Shown: positions 41,663-45,654 of the stretch, piece after piece
Position numbering within the stretch: the first letter of the stretch is position 1
How the letters are laid out: every line of letters starts with the position of its first letter
From: a bacterium
Lineage (GTDB): Bacteria > Patescibacteriota > Microgenomatia > JAUYPR01
Direction: 5' to 3'
Length of the DNA: 45,654 nt
Assembly (NCBI GenBank): GCA_030695785.1
Contig: JAUYPR010000055.1
Coordinates: 1 to 45,654 of the forward strand
Translations under genes and position numbers: made by a program
The notes under the pieces: generated by a model
Databases searched by the model: none
Seen by the model: only the letters and a program-made list of their open reading frames with translations
Told to the model about the DNA's origin: nothing

Positions 41663-41680
41663 ATTGAGCTTTTATGTCAA

Positions 41681-43093
41681 TTAGGACTTTTGTTCCGGCG
41701 GTTGAGCTGTTGGAGCTGGTTGCGGTTTATTTCCACTGAAACGGTCCCTCAAATATCCAATTGGTCCTCGCTGTGCCATACCAAGGGCAACGCTCTGCGT
41801 CCATATTGAGAACGGGAATCTGACAGCGGTCGCCATTGGAGCAACGCCAGCCCCGACGCCTGCGCTAATCACCCCGCCATACTTAAACTCTGGGCTCTTG
41901 AAGGCGTCTTTCGTCATCTTCACCACTGCGGGGGTGAGGAACACAAAACCTAATCCAATCAAAGCCGCGACTTCATTTTGCCCATAGCCAGCGCCAATCA
42001 TAGGCGCCACCCACCCTTGTCCGGCATTCGTACCACCAGCCGAGAAGACGGCTTGATTCATAAATGCAGAACTCAAAATAAACATCCCCGCCGCAGTGGG
42101 AAATGCCGCCAGATTCCCGATCATATGCCGAAGCCACCCCCCAAACCCAAGGTTCCCGAGGTTTAAGGGCAACCCACCGAGCATAATCCAAAACGGCGCG
42201 AACACCACCCCAAGGATAATTTGGATGTACGCCATAAGCAACGTGAAGAACAACCTGAACATGACAAACACAAGACCAATGGCAATAACGAGCCACGCAA
42301 TAATGGAAAGCACGCTTCCCCCAAATCCTGCAAGGAATGGTGCCCCACCAAAAATTCCTGTTGCAATCGTATAAATTGCCTGTGCAGGCGCAGACGGCCC
42401 AATGCCGCTTCCCGCCCATAATGTAAACGGCGTTTCAGATTGAAAATCATTCCGGATATGCCCCGCAAAAGTCTCCATTCCAGGAATGCTCTGGAAGATA
42501 TTGAAGAAAAGGAACGACACCACATACATCACGTCAATCAAAAATCCAGCGATGGCAAACGAGAACGTGACCAGCAAAAGCGCAAGAATGATGCGTGGTA
42601 ATGAGTTTTGTATAGTTACCACGGTCCGCGGATCAATCCGGAACCGGAACATCACTAAAAATCCAACCGCGAGAAAGATCATCACGAAGAAAATGTAGGC
42701 AATATTCCGAAAGACCTTCCAAATATGGATGATCTGTTGCAATCCCTGAAAACCTGTGCCTTGCGCGTATGCGCTTGGCACCCCCATTCCATTCAACACA
42801 TCCGCCAAATAGGTTTGCGTTGAGGCGGCTGGATTTGTATACATGGCCGTCATTGCACCACCTAAACCCTGCACAGCCCCAAGTTCCCGCCCATCGGTTG
42901 TCCCAATTGCCATGGTTCCAGCTTTCAACATTAAATACTCTACGCTTGTTGATGACCAGTTCGCGAAATTCACACCATCTTTCGCGCGTTGGCTCTCATA
43001 ATCTTTAATCGGGTCAAAAACCTGCTGCGCACCTACCGGAAACGCGAGGGCGGAGAGGAGGAAGATGGTGATGAGGATGAAAAGTCGGCGCAT
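41681..43093 (-). CDS. VirB6/TrbL-like polytopic membrane protein
   Basis: Signal peptide MRRLFILITIFLLSALAFPVGA, an exported N-terminal segment, then at least 7 hydrophobic helices and a Pro/Gln-rich tail. The call rests on its size, topology and position next to the VirB3/VirB4-like genes. Confidence 0.65.
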   Translation of the reverse strand: MRRLFILITIFLLSALAFPVGAQQVFDPIKDYESQRAKDGVNFANWSSTSVEYLMLKAGTMAIGTTDGRELGAVQGLGGAMTAMYTNPAASTQTYLADVLNGMGVPSAYAQGTGFQGLQQIIHIWKVFRNIAYIFFVMIFLAVGFLVMFRFRIDPRTVVTIQNSLPRIILALLLVTFSFAIAGFLIDVMYVVSFLFFNIFQSIPGMETFAGHIRNDFQSETPFTLWAGSGIGPSAPAQAIYTIATGIFGGAPFLAGFGGSVLSIIAWLVIAIGLVFVMFRLFFTLLMAYIQIILGVVFAPFWIMLGGLPLNLGNLGFGGWLRHMIGNLAAFPTAAGMFILSSAFMNQAVFSAGGTNAGQGWVAPMIGAGYGQNEVAALIGLGFVFLTPAVVKMTKDAFKSPEFKYGGVISAGVGAGVAPMATAVRFPFSIWTQSVALGMAQRGPIGYLRDRFSGNKPQPAPTAQPPEQKS

Positions 43094-43099
43094 AATTTG

Positions 43100-43160
43100 A
43101 TGATAGTGAAACCTGGGAGGAATGTCAAATGTTCACATTGGGGTTAGTAACTGGTAACAT
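43100..43160. promoter_or_regulatory. Compact divergent promoter pair for the VirB6-like gene and the PrgI/VirB4 operon; both have leaderless geometry
   Basis: Minus strand: TTGACA (43128-43123), 17-nt spacer, TATCAT (43105-43100), 6 nt, ATG at 43093. Plus strand: TTCACA (43132-43137), 17-nt spacer, TGgTAACAT (43152-43160), 6 nt, ATG at 43167. Confidence 0.55.
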
Positions 43161-43166
43161 GGATCT

Positions 43167-44411
43167 ATGACCCAACATCCCATTCCGCGCGATATCGCAT
43201 CATTCAAGTTCAAACTCGTCGGCAATATGACAGTCAGCCAATTTGCCATGCTTTCTGGCTGGATCATTGTGGCCTATGCCCTCTATCTCACCCCGCTCCC
43301 CAACCCCATCAAGCTCCCCTTTGTGCTGCTCGCAACTTTTCTTGCATTCGCGTTCCCATTTCTCCCGATTGAAGAACGGCCGCTGCATCATTGGATCCTT
43401 GCATTTCTGAAAGCCGCGTTTTTTACTGAATTGCGCCGCGTGTGGAAAAAGGCGGCCGCTGCCGACGATTTGTTTGCACTGCCTCTAAACCGGCTTGCGC
43501 CGGTCATCGCAAAACAGACAATATCTCCACCTGTATCAACAGAAACACCTCCACCATCAACAGTCACAATGCAGGGAGTTCAAACAACGGTTCAAACCGC
43601 ACCCACGATACCGCCTTCTTTGACACCAACACCTTCTATGACGATTCCTCCGATTCCTCCGCAGCCACAACCGATATTCATACCGAGACCACAGACATCT
43701 CCTCCACCTATCCCAACTGATCGAACCCAAAAAACCGCGCAGGAAATTATCCAAGAGGCGTCACTCACCCACATGGTCAAGACCGGTGACGATCGAAGCG
43801 ATATACTCCACACACAAAACGCGCACCTTGAAAAAATCATCCAAAAACTCGAAACTGACCTCGGAGATGTACGCAATCAGCAACAGCAATCGTTTCAGCA
43901 AAAAACAGCGCTCACGGACACGGTCACGCTTCTCCAGCAGCAATTGGCTGGCGCGATTGGTCAGCGGGAACATTTGAATCGCCAGCTCTATAGTTTGCAG
44001 GAATCCCCCCGGCCTTTGGCTGGAACCGCCGCAACTTCGACTCCACAGCGCGTGGTCATTATGCAGCCGCAACCGTCCATGTCAATGCCAAAACCTGCAG
44101 TGCCATCCACAATGCCCGCCCAACCATCGGGTGTGCTCCCACAACTCACCACCATTCCGAACGCCATCAACGGCATTGTCCGCGGAAAACAAAGCGAGTT
44201 TTTATCCGACGTCATTGTCGTGATTAAAGATCAAGCAGGACTGCCGGCTCGTGCGTTAAAAACCAATCGCCTTGGGCAATTTGTTGTCTCGACGCCGCTC
44301 CCGAACGGCACCTACTTCGTCGAGCTTGAAAAAGAAGGCTATACCTTTGATACAATTGAAGTGCAAGTGACCGGAAGAGTCTTAGGGCCAATCACCATTC
44401 AAGTGCGGTGA
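43167..44411 (+). CDS. PrgI/VirB3-like N-terminal membrane module fused to a Pro-rich linker, a coiled coil and a C-terminal carboxypeptidase-regulatory-like beta-sandwich
   Basis: PIPRDIASFKFKLVGNMTVSQFAMLSGWIIVAYALYL matches the PrgI-family start. Pro-rich PTIPPSLTPTPSMTIPPIPPQPQPIFIPRPQTSPPPIP. C-terminus INGIVRGKQSEFLSDVIVVIKDQAGLPARALKTNRLGQFVVSTPLPNGTYFVELEKEGY. Confidence 0.65.
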   Translation: MTQHPIPRDIASFKFKLVGNMTVSQFAMLSGWIIVAYALYLTPLPNPIKLPFVLLATFLAFAFPFLPIEERPLHHWILAFLKAAFFTELRRVWKKAAAADDLFALPLNRLAPVIAKQTISPPVSTETPPPSTVTMQGVQTTVQTAPTIPPSLTPTPSMTIPPIPPQPQPIFIPRPQTSPPPIPTDRTQKTAQEIIQEASLTHMVKTGDDRSDILHTQNAHLEKIIQKLETDLGDVRNQQQQSFQQKTALTDTVTLLQQQLAGAIGQREHLNRQLYSLQESPRPLAGTAATSTPQRVVIMQPQPSMSMPKPAVPSTMPAQPSGVLPQLTTIPNAINGIVRGKQSEFLSDVIVVIKDQAGLPARALKTNRLGQFVVSTPLPNGTYFVELEKEGYTFDTIEVQVTGRVLGPITIQVR

Positions 44412-44423
44412 GGATATTCCCTT

Positions 44424-45251
44424 ATGAGCACGCCTATTCGCGCCAGCACGCAAGAACATTTGGATATTGATGATGTCCGGGATCATCTCGTCCTCTTAAA
44501 AGACGGAGGTGCGGCCCTCGTTTTACAAACCACGGCCGTCAATTTTGGCTTGCTCTCGGAAACCGAGCAAGATGCCATGATGGTTGCCTTTGCAGCCACG
44601 TTAAATTCCCTCTCATTCCCGATCCAAATCGTCATCCGAAGTAAAAAATATGACATCACCACTTATATTGAGCGCCTGCGGCAAGCGGAACTCCGACAGC
44701 AAAACCCAAAATTCCGGAATCAAATGACACACTACCGCGCGTTTGTGGAATCCACCATCCAAGAAAACAATGTGCTGGACAAGCGATTTTATATCGTCAT
44801 TCCATTTTCGCCCATTGAGCTTGGCCTTGGATCAACCTTTGGGATCTTTAGCAGCCGCAAAATTCCGTATTCAAAAACATACATTCTGGAAAAAGCGAAG
44901 ACCGCACTATTCCCACGCCGCGATCATCTCCTGCGTCAACTCGGTCGCGTTGGGCTCAAAGGAACACAGTTGTCGACTGAACAACTCATTTCCTTGTATC
45001 ATGACATTTACAACCCAGACACGCCGCGCGGGCAACACGTGGGAACGCAAATTGATTCATTCACCGCACCGCTCGTCCAACGATCTGGTGCAGAACCACC
45101 TCCGCCGGTAAAAGAAGAGGTGCCGGTCGGTCAACCAATCATACAGCCGCAACCAACAAAACCCGCCATGCCGCCAACCCCAGACGCAATCCGCCATACC
45201 TTGACCCAGCTTGACTCTGCCATTCAGCGCCTGCGGGGAGGAAACATATGA
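44424..45251 (+). CDS. T4SS-associated protein resembling a free-standing VirB4 N-terminal domain
   Basis: GAGGA Shine-Dalgarno sequence. STQEHLDIDDVRDHLVLLKDGGAALVLQTTAVNFGLLSETEQDAMMVAFAATLNSLSFPIQIVIRSKKYDIT follows the pattern seen at the N-terminus of Gram-positive-type VirB4/TraE ATPases. The C-terminal tail is Pro-rich. Confidence 0.5.
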   Translation: MSTPIRASTQEHLDIDDVRDHLVLLKDGGAALVLQTTAVNFGLLSETEQDAMMVAFAATLNSLSFPIQIVIRSKKYDITTYIERLRQAELRQQNPKFRNQMTHYRAFVESTIQENNVLDKRFYIVIPFSPIELGLGSTFGIFSSRKIPYSKTYILEKAKTALFPRRDHLLRQLGRVGLKGTQLSTEQLISLYHDIYNPDTPRGQHVGTQIDSFTAPLVQRSGAEPPPPVKEEVPVGQPIIQPQPTKPAMPPTPDAIRHTLTQLDSAIQRLRGGNI

Positions 45252-45654
45252 CGCAAACAACAATACTCACTCGCGGCATGTTTGCCGTGCAAGACATCAT
45301 CGCGCCACCGTCCATGGAGGTGGATTATGACCATGTCCAAATTGGCGAGACGTACTTCCGCACCTTGTTTGTGGCCGGCTACCCGCGGTTTGTGAATGCA
45401 AACTGGCTTGCTCCACTCATTAATTTCGACCACACGTTGGAAATTGCCATGTATATCTACCCCACAGAAGCAAGCGGGGTTTTGTCTGATCTTCGGCGCA
45501 AAATCGCGGAAATGGAAGCAACATTGTCAACCGACCTCCAGCGCGGGAAGGTGATTGACCCAACGGTGCAGACCACACTCGGTGATGCGCAAGCGCTGCA
45601 AGAACAACTCGCCAAAGGCGCGGAGCGCTTTTTCCAGTTCGCGCTATACGTGAC
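45248..45654 (+). CDS. virB4: VirB4/TrbE-family T4SS ATPase, N-terminal 135 aa only (runs off the window)
   Basis: The ATG at 45248 overlaps the upstream TGA (ATGA). The frame is open to the window end and is not in the ORF track. IGETYFRTLFVAGYPRFVNANWLAPLINFDHTLEIAMYIYP is a typical VirB4 N-domain pattern. Confidence 0.7.
   Translation, partial: MTQTTILTRGMFAVQDIIAPPSMEVDYDHVQIGETYFRTLFVAGYPRFVNANWLAPLINFDHTLEIAMYIYPTEASGVLSDLRRKIAEMEATLSTDLQRGKVIDPTVQTTLGDAQALQEQLAKGAERFFQFALYV

Noticed and set aside
41663-41680. Terminator between the convergent giant ORF and the VirB6-like gene (and likewise at 12620 and 4831-4849)
   Set aside because: The gaps are 1-19 nt and contain no stem-loop or T-tract. 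No intrinsic terminator can be supported from sequence.
1-45654. Alternative genetic code (UGA recoded, as in some CPR lineages)
   Set aside because: UGA terminates well-defined genes, including the ATGA-coupled pairs at 4390, 7476, 34157, 34900, 36716 and 45248. Conserved proteins (rpoD, dnaG, copB, smpB) have no internal UGA.

Overview
This 45.6-kb chromosomal segment looks like a Candidate Phyla Radiation (Patescibacteria)-type bacterium; that assignment is an inference from gene content. The standard code applies, because UGA acts as the stop in several ATGA and TAATG gene overlaps.

Contents from left to right:
1. A 3'-truncated giant secreted protein on the minus strand (1-2887). It is absent from the ORF track because it has no stop codon in the window.
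2. A copper/heavy-metal island (6985-12619): an ArsR-YHS regulator, a DUF1573 protein, Cys-rich and Met-rich exported proteins, a CcdA-like protein and a CPH-motif P1B ATPase. Two paralogous secreted Cys/His-rich proteins bracket it, and a visibly A+T-rich islet sits inside the bracket.
3. Housekeeping genes: dnaG-rpoD, cobO, two NUDIX hydrolases and an RRM RNA-binding protein.
4. An RNA-gene-rich stretch with four tRNA-Ser (all isoacceptor families), two tRNA-Arg, tmRNA (found by hand), smpB and comFC. Small low-GC inserts flanked by short repeats are interleaved here.
5. A SpoIID/LytB operon.
6. A type IV secretion-like locus (32883 to the window end), which is the most interesting part. Six consecutive genes all end in a VirB2/TrbC-type pilin module. 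They are followed by a toxin-antitoxin (TA) cassette flanked by direct repeats, a 1171-aa orphan tail-anchored protein, a VirB6-like gene, a PrgI/VirB3-like fusion, a VirB4-N-domain-like protein and the start of VirB4.

Five toxin-antitoxin pairs are present. Most operon-first genes appear leaderless, with a -10 box 6-7 nt upstream of the ATG. I recognised no rRNA, CRISPR array, integrase or transposase. Coordinates derived by hand (RNAs, promoters, repeats) may be off by 1-2 nt.
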